In this document: positions 17,096 to 27,469 of the stretch, piece by piece | Position numbering within the stretch: the first letter of the stretch is position 1 | Layout of the letters: each line of letters begins with the position of its first letter | Origin: an uncultured Desulfosarcina sp. | Lineage (GTDB): Bacteria > Desulfobacterota > Desulfobacteria > Desulfobacterales > Desulfosarcinaceae | Assembly (NCBI GenBank): GCA_963674945.2 | Contig: CAXXWQ010000004.1 | Location: 2,784,001 to 2,848,000, forward strand | DNA: 64,000 nucleotides | Direction: 5' to 3' | The notes under the pieces: generated by a model | The model's database searches: none | Seen by the model: only the letters and a program-made list of their open reading frames with translations | What the model was told of the DNA's origin: nothing | Translations under genes and position numbers: made by a program

Positions 17096-20000
17096 AAAGC
17101 CCCAAGAACAGACTGCACCGGGTGTTGGTTGTCGGTGCGACACCCGCCGGGGTGGCAGCGACCAACAAGCTGGGAGAACTGGGCATCCCGGTAACCCTGG
17201 TGGACAAGCACACCGACCTGAATGAAAAGCTGGCCGACGACCGCTATCGCCTCAATTCCGGCGTGCCGTTCAATTTTGCTCACCGGCCTGGACTGATCCG
17301 CATCTTGGGAAACCCTGGAATTCGCTGCGTCTTGCCGGCTACGGTAACCGGCGCCAAACACAGCCGGCAGGGGTTTGCCGTGAAAATCGAGCGGCACCAG
17401 ACCTTTGTGGACCCAAACCGTTGCACCCTGTGTGGCAAATGCATGGCCGTCTGTCCGGTTTCCGATGAATCGGGGAAAGCCCCCATCTCTTTTGCAAGCC
17501 GAATGGCCCTTCCCGGCCGGGCGACGATCGACAAGCGACAGGATCCGTTGTGCCAGGCCAATTGTCCGTTAGGGGTCAACGCCCAGGGCTACATCGCCCT
17601 TGCCAGTGCCGGACGCTACGATGAGGCACTGGCGCTGGTCCGTAAGGACAACGTACTGCCCGGCATCTGCGGCCGGGTATGTCACCACCCCTGCGAAGCC
17701 GCCTGCCGCCGGTCCGAGGTGGATGCACCGCTTGCCATTCGCGACATCAAACGCTTTCTGGCCGATCACGGCCGCCAAAATCCAGTATCCGGGTCCCCGT
17801 CCGACAAGCCCACTCGGCCGGAAAAGATCGCCGTGGTGGGTTCCGGTCCGGCCGGACTGGCTGCCGCCGCAGACCTTGCCTGGAACGGCTTTGCCGTGAC
17901 CCTGTTCGAGAAAAAATCCAAGGCCGGCGGACTTTTGCGCTACGGTATCGGCCCATACCGTCTGCCCCGGGAGATCATCGACGAAGAGATCGAAGCCATC
18001 GTACGCATGGGAGTGAGCCTTCGCACCGGTCATGCCATTGACCTTGCACAAGGCCTGGACGAATTGAAAAAAGAATTTTCCGCCGTGATTCTTACTGTCG
18101 GCACCTGGGCCGACCGGCGATTGGGCGTACCCGGTGAGGATTTGGACGGCATCAGTGGCAGCCTTTCTTTTTTGGAGCGGTTTTCCGACAATGAAATTCG
18201 ATCCGTAGAAGGCAATGTAGCCGTCATCGGCGGCGGGAACGCCGCCATCGACGTGTCCCGTGCGGCAATCCGGCTTGGCGCGAAAAGCGTACAAATCGTC
18301 TACCGCCGAACCCGCGCGGAGATGCCGGCCTGGGAAGAAGAGATCCATGCGGCCGAGGCCGAGGGAATCCGGATCATGGAATGCCGTCAGGTGACTGAAT
18401 TCGTCGGAAAAAACGGCAGACTCCAGGGGCTGCGCCTTGTGGCTACCCGTCCGGGTCCCGCCGACGAAAACGGCAGATCGTTGCCGATACCGGTCGAAGA
18501 TGGCGATACCACTGTATTGCCTGTAGACAGGGTTTTCCTGGCCATCGGACAGAAGGGTGCCTACCGGTTTTCCGGCCGGGGCATAAGAGCCACCGCCCAA
18601 GGATACCTGGCCGCCGATCCAACGGGACAAACCGATATGCCAAAGGTCTGGGCTGCCGGAGACGCGGTGTCCGGCGCCAGCACCGTGGTCCAGGCCATGG
18701 CCGATGGACGGGCCGTGGCAAAAGCGGTCATGGACGAACTGTTGGGAACGGACGAACCTTTCGACGCGTCGGACATTACCCGCAGACCCAAGGGAAGGGA
18801 ATTCATCCCCATCGATCCGAACATGGTCGCCTGCATGCGCACTCCCATGCCCGAAATTGCTTTGTCCGCACGGCAGGGAAGCTTTGCCGAGGTGGCAAAG
18901 GGATACGATGAGAATCAAATGAAGAGGGAGGCCTGCCGCTGTCTGCAATGCGCCAGCTGCTCCGAATGCTTAGCGTGCGTCACGGCCTGCGGTGTCAACC
19001 GGGCCATCCGTCACGATGAGCCCGCCGAACTTCTCACGGAAAATGCCGGCGTGGTCATTATCGCCGACCCGGAAATGGGGATGCACATCCGGGGAGAGGA
19101 TGTCATCCGGGCATACGGCCCGAAATCGGCCAAATCTGATGTCTATGCCATGCTGATCCGGGGCTTTGCGGCAGCAGCCAAGGCCATGGCCCTGCTCAAG
19201 GACACCTCGAGTCGGCCCAAGGGCCACGGGATCGCCTTCGTCCCTCCCGATCCCGGCCTGGACGAAAGGATACGCATGGGCGTTTTCGCTTGTCGGTGTA
19301 ACGACAGCCTGGGGTGGACGCCGCAGATGGACGCCTACATGGAGAACCTGAACCGGCGGTCCGACATCGTCCATGCCGAAATGCTGCCGTCTGCATGTCT
19401 TCCGGAAGGCGTGGGTCAAATCGTGGCCACGATACGGGATCGGAGGTTGACCCGTGTTGTGCTGGCGTCTTGCGTTTGCTGCCCCCTCAACTTCGTCTGC
19501 AGCGCCTGCACACAGCAGCGAAGCCGGCTGAAAACGGGACTCTTCGTCGGAACCGGCATCAGCCGTTCCATGGTCCAAACCGTCAACCTGCGCGGCGAAG
19601 CGCTGCGAATGGTGGAAAAGGACCCCGACCTGGCCCAGACACGATTCACGGCGGTAATGGATAGCACGATCCGCCTGGCCGCCAAACTGCTGCCGTTTCC
19701 CGCACCGGTTCGGACATATAACTTCACGACGGCGGTGATCGGCCAGAGCGAGGCCGCCGCTACCGCCGCCGTGACGTTGGCCGAATCCGGTCTGGACGTG
19801 GTCATGCTCGGGACCCGGAAAAATCCGCTTGAAAAACCGCCCCTTCATCCAAATATCCGTTCGTTCGTCGATGGGCACGTGGAGGCCATCAGCGGTACCC
19901 TGGGGAACTTTCGGGTATTCGTAAAAAACGGCCACACATCTTGGACCTTCACCGTCGGCGGGATCGTCTTGGGAGAAAATTCCCGGAAAATCAATCTCTA

Positions 20001-20475
20001 TCGTCAGCACGAGGATCAACGCGAATACCGGGTTCACTCGACCATGCAGACCAGCGGATCACAGGGCACACCCTTCATCTACCCCGGAACCACCTCCATT
20101 TCCGGCCTCTTTTTGGCGGATCCGCCGGGCATCCAGCTCTCCAAGCGGACCAAAGGGTCCGCCGCCGCCATCATGGCCGCCGCCGCCATGCCACGGGGGC
20201 CGCGCCAAAGCCGCGGTTTCACCGTTTCGGTAAACCGGGAATTGTGCCGAAGCTGCGGTCGATGTATCGCCGTCTGCCCTTACCAGGCCATCGCCTTCCA
20301 CTCCGACGGCGAAGGCGGATACTACGCCCGGGTGGACGAAGCCCTGTGCAAGGGGTGTGGCAATTGTATCTCCGTTTGTCCCTCGGACGCCGCCGACAGT
20401 CTGTACCGGGATCATCTCTACTTGGAGAAGACCGTTGAAAGCATGCTTGCCGTGTCCGATACCGGCCGGCAGTAA
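17092..20475 (+). CDS. Large HdrA-like/GltD(NfnB)-like fusion flavoprotein with multiple Fe-S clusters (HdrL-type)
   Basis: ATG at 17092 overlaps the korC stop. Degenerate HdrA dinucleotide segment; ferredoxin CTLCGKCMAVCP; GltD module (CQANCP, CGRVCHHPCE, GSGPAGL, GGGNAAID, YRR, AAGD); CSECLACVTAC; internal HdrA-N-like MGVFACRC; C-terminal 2x[4Fe-4S]. Confidence 0.85.
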   Translation: MKSPKNRLHRVLVVGATPAGVAATNKLGELGIPVTLVDKHTDLNEKLADDRYRLNSGVPFNFAHRPGLIRILGNPGIRCVLPATVTGAKHSRQGFAVKIERHQTFVDPNRCTLCGKCMAVCPVSDESGKAPISFASRMALPGRATIDKRQDPLCQANCPLGVNAQGYIALASAGRYDEALALVRKDNVLPGICGRVCHHPCEAACRRSEVDAPLAIRDIKRFLADHGRQNPVSGSPSDKPTRPEKIAVVGSGPAGLAAAADLAWNGFAVTLFEKKSKAGGLLRYGIGPYRLPREIIDEEIEAIVRMGVSLRTGHAIDLAQGLDELKKEFSAVILTVGTWADRRLGVPGEDLDGISGSLSFLERFSDNEIRSVEGNVAVIGGGNAAIDVSRAAIRLGAKSVQIVYRRTRAEMPAWEEEIHAAEAEGIRIMECRQVTEFVGKNGRLQGLRLVATRPGPADENGRSLPIPVEDGDTTVLPVDRVFLAIGQKGAYRFSGRGIRATAQGYLAADPTGQTDMPKVWAAGDAVSGASTVVQAMADGRAVAKAVMDELLGTDEPFDASDITRRPKGREFIPIDPNMVACMRTPMPEIALSARQGSFAEVAKGYDENQMKREACRCLQCASCSECLACVTACGVNRAIRHDEPAELLTENAGVVIIADPEMGMHIRGEDVIRAYGPKSAKSDVYAMLIRGFAAAAKAMALLKDTSSRPKGHGIAFVPPDPGLDERIRMGVFACRCNDSLGWTPQMDAYMENLNRRSDIVHAEMLPSACLPEGVGQIVATIRDRRLTRVVLASCVCCPLNFVCSACTQQRSRLKTGLFVGTGISRSMVQTVNLRGEALRMVEKDPDLAQTRFTAVMDSTIRLAAKLLPFPAPVRTYNFTTAVIGQSEAAATAAVTLAESGLDVVMLGTRKNPLEKPPLHPNIRSFVDGHVEAISGTLGNFRVFVKNGHTSWTFTVGGIVLGENSRKINLYRQHEDQREYRVHSTMQTSGSQGTPFIYPGTTSISGLFLADPPGIQLSKRTKGSAAAIMAAAAMPRGPRQSRGFTVSVNRELCRSCGRCIAVCPYQAIAFHSDGEGGYYARVDEALCKGCGNCISVCPSDAADSLYRDHLYLEKTVESMLAVSDTGRQ

Positions 20476-20486
20476 AGGATAAATCC

Positions 20487-22070
20487 ATGGCCCCGTTCAA
20501 AATCATACTGTTTTTGTGCAACTGGAGTCCCCATGCCGCCTACCAGACCCTGCAGGACCGGGGGATGGACATTCCTCCCGAAATCATGATGGTCCGCATT
20601 CCCTGTAGCGGGCGTATCACGAAAGCCCTTTTGCTCAGGGCGTTTGAGATGGGTGCCGACGGTGTTCTTCTTCTGGGTTGCCGGCCAGGAGCGTGCCGGT
20701 ACGGCAGCGGCACCCAGGCGGCCCGGGACAACACCACCGAGACCCGGCGCATCCTCGAGCTCTTGGGATTGGGTGCCGACCGGCTGCAGTTGGGAAATTT
20801 CCTGCCCGACCAGCCCGATCTTCTGCTGGAATTGCTGCAGAATTTCTCCCGAAAGATCAAACAGATGGGAAAGAGCCCCATCTCGGAAGCGACCGAACCC
20901 ATGGAAGAAGCGCTTTCCGACATGGATGCCGGTGCCATCGTCGCCCACCACGACGTCTTCGCCTGTCAGGATTGCGGAAAGTGTACCTCGGCCTGCACCC
21001 TGGCACTGGCCGGCAAACCCTTTTCACCCCGGCAGGTCGTCGGCGACATCATCGCCGGAAGGGCCGACTCGCTTGAGGTCCGTCATGCGGTCAATGCCTG
21101 CCTCACCTGCGGCGTCTGTTACGAGCGGTGTCCGTCGGCGGTCGACTTCCCGGCCTTCATTCAATCCATGCGGGCCTATTATCGCCGGCGGGATATGGAA
21201 CTGGCGCCCACCCACGGGGGATTTTTCCAAAGCATGATGCGAACCATGGCGACGGAGCAGTGCGCTCCCGTAAGGTGGCAGTCACTGCCACCGGGCATCG
21301 ACACCCAGCCCAGGGGAGAAGTCCTCTTTTTCGGCGGCTGCGCCCCCTATTTCGACATCTTCTTCGGCAAGTTCCTGGGGGTCGACACCGCAAGAATCCT
21401 CGAAGACAGCCTTCGGCTGCTCAATTTCTTCGACGTCACACCGGCGGTGTTGGAAGGTGAGCGCTGTTGCGGCCACGACCTGTTGTGGACGGGGGACCGG
21501 GAAAACTTCTTGCGTCTGGCCCGAAAAAACGCCGCCGCCTTCGCCGAGACGGGGGCCAGTGAACTGATCACCGCCTGTCCCGAATGTTATCGTACCCTCG
21601 CCCACGACTATGGGGCCAATGGCGTCGATCTGCCGCTCACCGTCACCCATATGTACCAATTTTTAGAAAGGGAGATCGACAAGGGCGCTGTTGGATTCAA
21701 GTCCCTGGATCGCCGGGTGACTTTCCAGGACAGCTGTCGCCAGAGCCGCATGGACGGGCTTTCCGATCTGCCGCGGCGGTTGATCCGGAAGATGTCCGGC
21801 ACGGATTTTACGGAAATGCCCGAGTCGGGAAAGGCCGCCGTGTGCTGCGGCAACAGCGCCTGGACCGGCTGTGACCGGTACTCCAAAGCCTTGCAGGTGA
21901 AAAGACTGGACAGCGCCAAGGCAACGGGCAGCGACCTCATGCTCACCGCATGTCCCAAGTGCCAGATCCACCTGCGCTGTGCCATGGAAGACGCGGTACG
22001 GGGCGAGAATTTGAAAATGGAAATGATGGACCTGACCAGTGCCATCGCCAGGACGATTTATTGGGAATGA
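20487..22070 (+). CDS. MvhD + 2x[4Fe-4S] + CCG-domain (HdrC/HdrB, HdrD-like) fusion
   Basis: N-terminal FLCNW...IPCSGR...GADGV..GC....CRY (MvhD); CQDCGKCTSAC and CLTCGVCYERCP; two CCG domains (ERCCGH...TACPEC; DSC...CCG...TACPKC). Confidence 0.88.
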   Translation: MAPFKIILFLCNWSPHAAYQTLQDRGMDIPPEIMMVRIPCSGRITKALLLRAFEMGADGVLLLGCRPGACRYGSGTQAARDNTTETRRILELLGLGADRLQLGNFLPDQPDLLLELLQNFSRKIKQMGKSPISEATEPMEEALSDMDAGAIVAHHDVFACQDCGKCTSACTLALAGKPFSPRQVVGDIIAGRADSLEVRHAVNACLTCGVCYERCPSAVDFPAFIQSMRAYYRRRDMELAPTHGGFFQSMMRTMATEQCAPVRWQSLPPGIDTQPRGEVLFFGGCAPYFDIFFGKFLGVDTARILEDSLRLLNFFDVTPAVLEGERCCGHDLLWTGDRENFLRLARKNAAAFAETGASELITACPECYRTLAHDYGANGVDLPLTVTHMYQFLEREIDKGAVGFKSLDRRVTFQDSCRQSRMDGLSDLPRRLIRKMSGTDFTEMPESGKAAVCCGNSAWTGCDRYSKALQVKRLDSAKATGSDLMLTACPKCQIHLRCAMEDAVRGENLKMEMMDLTSAIARTIYWE

Positions 22071-22224
22071 GATGTGGGAGTATTCATACGAGAAGGTGGA
22101 ACTCGCCTTCGGCTCGATTGATGATGAAATGACGGAGTGAAGCGACTGCGAACTTTCCGGCTCCCGTATTCTTTTGATCTATCTTGAGGATAGACAGCAC
22201 AGACAAAACAATAGGAAACCAACC

Positions 22225-24657
22225 ATGAAATCAACAGCAACCGCATCCATACCGGCAAACATCCCCGAAGAGCTTCGCATCGGCGTCTACGTCTGCCATT
22301 GCGGGCTAAACATCGCACAGACGGTGGACTGCGACGGCGTGGCCCAGGAGATGGCATCGCTGCCCGATGTGGTCGTATCCAAAGGGATCGGCTACGCCTG
22401 CAGCGAACCGGGCCAGCGGGAAATCCGCGAGGATATCGAAGAAAACGGGCTCAACCGCATCGTGGTGGCATCGTGTTCGCCACGGCTTCACGAACCCACC
22501 TTCCGCCAGATGATCAAGGACGCCGGCCTCAATCCCTACTTGCTGGAAATGACCAACCTGCGGGAGCAGTGCAGTTGGGTGCACATGAAGGCGCCTGCCG
22601 ATGCTACGAAAAAGGCCCTGGACCTGGTCAAGATGTCCCTGGCACGGGTGCGGCAGCATGTTCCCTTGCACGAATCGCAGCTGCCCCTTACCAAACGGGT
22701 CATGGTGATCGGCGGCGGCGTTGCCGGCATCCAATCGGCCCTGGACCTGGCCGACAACGGATTCGATGTCGTCATGGTGGAAAAGCAGCCTTCCATCGGC
22801 GGGGTCATGGCCCAGTTGGACAAGACCTTTCCCACCATGGATTGCTCCATCTGAATCCTCGGTCCGAAAATGACGGATGCCGGTCGGCATCCTCGCATAA
22901 CCATCCACACCTTGAGCGAAGTGAAGGATGTAAAGGGATATGTGGGCAATTTCGACGTGCGAATCGTCAAGAAAGCCCGCTATGTGGACGAGACGGCGTG
23001 CACCGCATGCGGCGAGTGCGCCCGGGTCTGCCCGGTGGTGCGCCCGGACGAATTCAATATGGGGTTAAGTTCGCGAAAGGCCATCTATTCCCCCTTTCCC
23101 CAGGCCGTGCCGTCGGCCTACGTGCTCAACCCCCACGAATGCCTGGGGCACAACCCCACGGTGTGCAGCAAGTGCCTGGAGGCGTGCGAGAAAAAGTGCA
23201 TCGATTTTCACATGTCCGACGAGACCATCGACGAGCGGGTGGGGGCCATCGTGGTGGCCACGGGGCTTACCCCCCACGACCCGAAGGTGATGGACGAGTA
23301 CGGCTACACCCGTTTCGAAAACGTGCTCACCAGCATGGAGTTCGAGCGGCTGGTCAACGCCGGGGGCCCAACCCAGGGGGCGGTGGTGCGCCCCACGGAT
23401 CGAAAGCATCCCAAATCCATCGGGTTCATCCAGTGCGTGGGGTCCCGTTCGGCCCGGCGGGGCAAACCCTATTGTTCCAACATCTGCTGCATGAATACGG
23501 TGAAAAGCACCCTTGTGCTCAAGGAGCACTATCCCGAGATGGACGTCAAGGTCTTTTACATCGACATCCGGGCTTTCGGCAAAGGGTTCGAGGATCTTTA
23601 TATGCGAAGCCGCCGCCTGGGCACCCACTACGTGCGGGGCCTTCCCGGCAACGTGGAGCAGCTTTCCGACGGCAGCCTTCGCGTGGCCGTGGAAAATACC
23701 GCCACGGGAAGACTAAACTACTACGACCTGGACATGCTGGTGCTGGCCATCGGCATGGAGCCGGCCCAAAGTACCCAGCGGCTTCAGGAGATGCTGGGGC
23801 TGCAGCTCACCTCGGACGGCTTTTTCCTGGAGGCTCACCCCAAACTCCAGCCCGTCGACGCGGCGACACGGGGGGTCTTTTACGCTGGTTGCGCCGAAGG
23901 GCCAAAGGACATCAAGGATTCGGTCACCCAGGCATCGGCAGCGGCGGTGCGGACCATTCGTCTCTTGCACGAAGGGCACATCACCGCGGAAGCGATCACC
24001 GCAGAAGTGATCACCGACAAGTGCAAGATCTGCGGACGATGCGCCCAGGTATGCCCCTACAACGCCATCACCGTGGACGTGAAGAAGAAGATTCCGGCCC
24101 AGGTCACCACCGCCGCCTGCAGCGGTTGCGGCACCTGCGCGGCCGAATGTAAATTCGACGCCATTGTCACCAACCACTTCACCGACGGACAGATTACCGG
24201 TCAGATCGATGCCATGCTCGAACGAGAGCCCACGGAGAAGATCCTGGCCTTTGCCTGCAACTGGTGCTCCTATGCCGGGGCCGACTATGCCGGCGTCTCC
24301 CGATTGCAGTATCCGCCCAATGTCCGCCTGATTCGCACCATGTGCTCGGGCCGGGTCAGCGAGAAGTTCATCTGGGAAGGGTTCAAGATGGGCGCTCCGG
24401 TGGTTCTCGTCAGCGGCTGCCACATCGGCGACTGCCACTACATCGACGCCAACCACTGGACCGAAAAGCGCATCGCCAAGATGCACAAGAAGATGGAAAA
24501 GCGGGGCATCCGCCCCGAACGGCTTCAGCTCTCATGGATCAGCGCCGCCGAAGGCGTGCGCTTCGCCCAGGTGATGGAAAAAATGGAGGCATTGCGGCGG
24601 TCGGTGACCCGGGAGGAAATCGAGTCCACCAAGGCGATTCTCGGAGAAAAAAGGTGA
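22225..24657 (+). CDS. hdrA: Selenocysteine-containing HdrA fused to C-terminal MvhD (QmoB-like architecture), about 810 aa
   Basis: ORFs 22174-22854 and 22870-24657 share a frame and are separated only by TGA 22852-22854 in FPTMDCSI-U-ILGPKM, a position that is Cys or Sec in HdrA. Other motifs: GVYVCHCG, ASCSP, REQCSW, GGGVAG, IQCVGSR, CSNICC, GPKDI, and MvhD ACNWCSYAGAD/GCHIGDCHY. Confidence 0.9.
22875..22892 (+). promoter_or_regulatory. Bacterial SECIS-like hairpin
   Basis: GGATGCC-GGTC-GGCATCC forms a 7-bp stem with a GGUC loop starting 28 nt after the UGA. The apex resembles the E. coli fdhF SECIS (GCA-GGUC-UGC). Confidence 0.8.
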
Positions 24658-24691
24658 TGAAAAGAGGGACCTGATTTGCACCAAATGGCTG

Positions 24692-25768
24692 TCAGGCAAT
24701 CGATGCGGCCATGATGTCCCGGACAGCACCGATTGCCTGATAGATATCATCCACATCTACGGCCAGGCTTGTCACCGCGCGGATGGTATGCGCCCCTGTC
24801 GGCAGAACCAGCACGTTCTTCTCCTTCAACAGGTCGGCAAATTGTTTTGCCGTTCTGTCTTCGACATCGAAGTACACCATATTTGTGTCAATTATGTCAC
24901 TGTTCACATGGATCCCGGGAATTTCGTCCAACCCGGACGCAAGCCGCCTGGCGTTGGCATGGTCATCCGCCAACCGCTTGCGGTGGTGTCGCAAGGCATA
25001 GAGCCCGCCAGCCGCAATAATCCCGGCTTGTCGCATTCCGCCGCCAAACTGCTTGCGGAAACGACGTGCACGCGCCACGAATTCTGCACTCCCTGCAAGC
25101 GCCGAACCCACGGGTGCCCCAAGACCCTTGGAGAAGCAAACGCTCACACTGTCAAATTCTTTGGCGTACTCTGATTCCGCAATTCCTGTCGCCACCGATG
25201 CGTTCCACATTCGGGCCCCGTCGAGATGGGTACGGATGCCTTCTTCCCGGGCAACGCTGCATACCCCTTGAATCTGTTCCAACGTCCAGATCGATCCTCC
25301 TCCTCGATTATGGGTATTCTCTACGGCGAGCAAACGTGTGGGCGGAAAATGGATGTCTTTTGGCCGAAGGGCGGCACGTACGTCGGCTGCGGAGAACACA
25401 CCGCGCACTCCCGGCAAAATCCGGCAAATCACACCCGACAGCGCTGCCGATGCGCCGGCCTCATACCAGTAGATGTGCGCATTGGCATCCAGCAGCATTT
25501 CATCACCGGGTTGTGTGTGACAGCGGATTGCCACCTGATTCGCCATGGTCCCCGATGGGACGAAGACCGCCGCCTCCTTGCCGAGCAACGCGGCAGTATG
25601 ACGCTCCAATTCCTTTACTGTTGGGTCGTCCCCCATGACATCGTCACCTACGTTTGCCTCCGCCATCGCTTGACGCATGGCCCCGGTTGGCTTGGTGACG
25701 GTGTCGCTTCGCAGGTCTATCGTTTTGATGTTCATGTCATCTGTCTCTTTTTCATTGTGGTTTTTCAT
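24692..25768 (-). CDS. ltaE: Low-specificity L-threonine aldolase
   Basis: [36 protein letters not shown] and GGGMRQAG motifs. The start may be the later Met of [11 protein letters not shown]. Confidence 0.93.
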   Translation of the reverse strand: MKNHNEKETDDMNIKTIDLRSDTVTKPTGAMRQAMAEANVGDDVMGDDPTVKELERHTAALLGKEAAVFVPSGTMANQVAIRCHTQPGDEMLLDANAHIYWYEAGASAALSGVICRILPGVRGVFSAADVRAALRPKDIHFPPTRLLAVENTHNRGGGSIWTLEQIQGVCSVAREEGIRTHLDGARMWNASVATGIAESEYAKEFDSVSVCFSKGLGAPVGSALAGSAEFVARARRFRKQFGGGMRQAGIIAAGGLYALRHHRKRLADDHANARRLASGLDEIPGIHVNSDIIDTNMVYFDVEDRTAKQFADLLKEKNVLVLPTGAHTIRAVTSLAVDVDDIYQAIGAVRDIMAASIA

Positions 25769-25822
25769 GATGAAATTATCAAAACCGCCCAGTCGAAGTA
25801 ATGCATTATAAACGCATATTTT

Positions 25823-26161
25823 CTACTCTTTTCTCCCGATCATGACGCCGCCGTTTCTCTCAACAAATGACATTCCTGCCGCCTTCATCCATGACTTGAC
25901 TTCCGACACGGTATACGTATCGCCGGACTTCTTCAGAACGTTCAGTGCGCAAAGGGTATTCAGCAAACGGTCCGTTCCTCGTTGATCCGCACAAATGGCA
26001 TCGGAAATATCCCTGGAAGATTTCTCTTCGTCTCCCAATACGGTAAACACATCCAATTCATAGGCCGTAAGCAAGATGCGACTTTTCTGAAAAGCCCGGG
26101 ACAGCGCCATCATTTGGTTCAAGGACATGCCATCCGATGTTTCATTTGTTACATCGTTCAT
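25823..26161 (-). pseudogene. Internally deleted O-methyltransferase (dimerisation domain joined to the extreme C-terminus)
   Basis: SRILLTAYELDVF...RLLNTLCALNVLKKSGDTY runs directly into TVSEVKSWMKAAG...IGRK; no SAM-binding DxGGG motif. Confidence 0.65.
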
Positions 26162-26406
26162 CGATTTCTCCATGATTGAATTTCGATTATATTTCCTTCT
26201 GGATCTCGGAAGTAAACAAACATTAAATTTCCTACACCTTCAACATTTCTTTCGGTGATTTTTCCTAATCCTAATAACCGGCCACCATGTTGTATCGCCA
26301 AATCCAGCGTGTGGCAAACATCTCGTACCTCGAATGCGATATGGGTGAACCCGATGAAATTCGCCATTATCGGAGTATGGTCCTGCATAGATAAATAACG
26401 CTTCAT
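26158..26406 (-). pseudogene. VOC/glyoxalase-family C-terminal fragment
   Basis: GFTHIAFEV and YFRDPEGNIIE motifs are present, but the N-terminal half is missing. Confidence 0.65.
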
Positions 26407-26616
26407 TCGGTTATAGGCTTATCAATCATGTCATCATTGAGGACTGATAGCATTTTCCGTTTTTGAGTTTGGCAATCCGGTTTTTCTTCTAACCCTCTAA
26501 ATTCACAGGACAAACACCAGTGGCAGCTGCGTTGCCCAGCGCGGCGGGAAACGTCAATTAAAACTTAGATTTACATGGGTGTGCCCTGCTTTTCCTGGAA
26601 CCAGCAGGTCCATGCT

Positions 26617-27105
26617 TTAGTCATTTACACGCTTGCCAATAATAGAAAGACTATATTCGATTCCATCCATTTCGGCAATATTGGGAAGTATGCCCCATTC
26701 TTCAAAACCAAAGGATTTAAACAGCTTTATGCTTGGGGCATTATGGGAAAAAATAAAACAAACAACCGTTTTGATATTCAATTTCCTTGTTCTTTCCAAC
26801 GATTCTTTTAAAAGAGATCGACCCAATCCTTTTCCTCTTTGTTCTGGAGATATATAAATGCTGATTTCAGCAGTATGGTCATACGCGGGCCGCCCATAAA
26901 AAGACTGAAAGCTGACCCAACCAATAACTTTTCCTTTCTCTTCATGGACCAGTAGGGGTCTTTTTTTGGGGTCGTGTTGCCTGAACCATTCCAGCCTCGA
27001 TGCAACAGACACTTCTGATGTATCTGCCGTCGATTGTCTTGTTGATATCGTAGTGTTATATATGGCGACGATATCTTCTAAATCCTTCTCTGCGGCAATT
27101 CTCAT
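26617..27105 (-). CDS. GNAT N-acetyltransferase (phosphinothricin/methionine-sulfoximine acetyltransferase-like)
   Basis: AIYN...STAD, RPAYDHTAEISIY, QRGKGLG acetyl-CoA motif, N.PSIKLF..FGF; low-GC codon usage. Confidence 0.9.
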   Translation of the reverse strand: MRIAAEKDLEDIVAIYNTTISTRQSTADTSEVSVASRLEWFRQHDPKKRPLLVHEEKGKVIGWVSFQSFYGRPAYDHTAEISIYISPEQRGKGLGRSLLKESLERTRKLNIKTVVCFIFSHNAPSIKLFKSFGFEEWGILPNIAEMDGIEYSLSIIGKRVND

Positions 27106-27226
27106 TTTCTTTCACCGAATGACGTTTATCACCACATGTTCGTCGGTTAACAATCCACCCTGGTTCCAAATCGCTGGGATAAAATTTGACCGGTGAAACG
27201 TGTCATCAATCCCCTGGTAGGCGTAA

Positions 27227-27469
27227 CTATTTGTTTTCCCATGGGAGTTCTTCAGGAGATGCTTTGCGCCACTCTTCAATTATTCTTTTTGCTTCAGGCA
27301 AATCTGTCTCGGAAACACAAATCAGGCCCCAGCCATATTGCGATTGGAAGAGGCCATCATAGGCAGTATCGTGAAATGATTTTATTTCTGCATATATTCC
27401 GTTTTCCGCTAAAACCGATTTGATTACATTTGCTTCTGCTTCATTCTCAGGCTTCAGTACTGTTTTCAA
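27227..27469 (-). CDS. DUF2007-like small protein
   Basis: EAEANVIKSVLAENGI...V...D..EAKRII pattern; TTG start. Confidence 0.7.
   Translation of the reverse strand: MKTVLKPENEAEANVIKSVLAENGIYAEIKSFHDTAYDGLFQSQYGWGLICVSETDLPEAKRIIEEWRKASPEELPWENK

Noticed and set aside
17569..20037. Long antisense ORFs (459 and 355 aa) and similar ones opposite korA, livM, livK and glycerate kinase
   Set aside because: They are mirror frames of strongly supported genes in GC-biased DNA and carry no domain motifs.
22174..22854. hdrA N-terminal ORF treated as a separate gene or nonsense pseudogene
   Set aside because: It is in frame with the downstream ORF, the TGA falls at a conserved Cys/Sec position and a SECIS-like hairpin follows, so Sec readthrough is the better explanation.
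22299..24152. 617-aa alternative-frame ORF overlapping hdrA (possible frameshift partner)
   Set aside because: It is Arg/Gly/Pro-rich with no motifs, typical of a shadow frame in GC-rich coding DNA; hdrA needs no frameshift.
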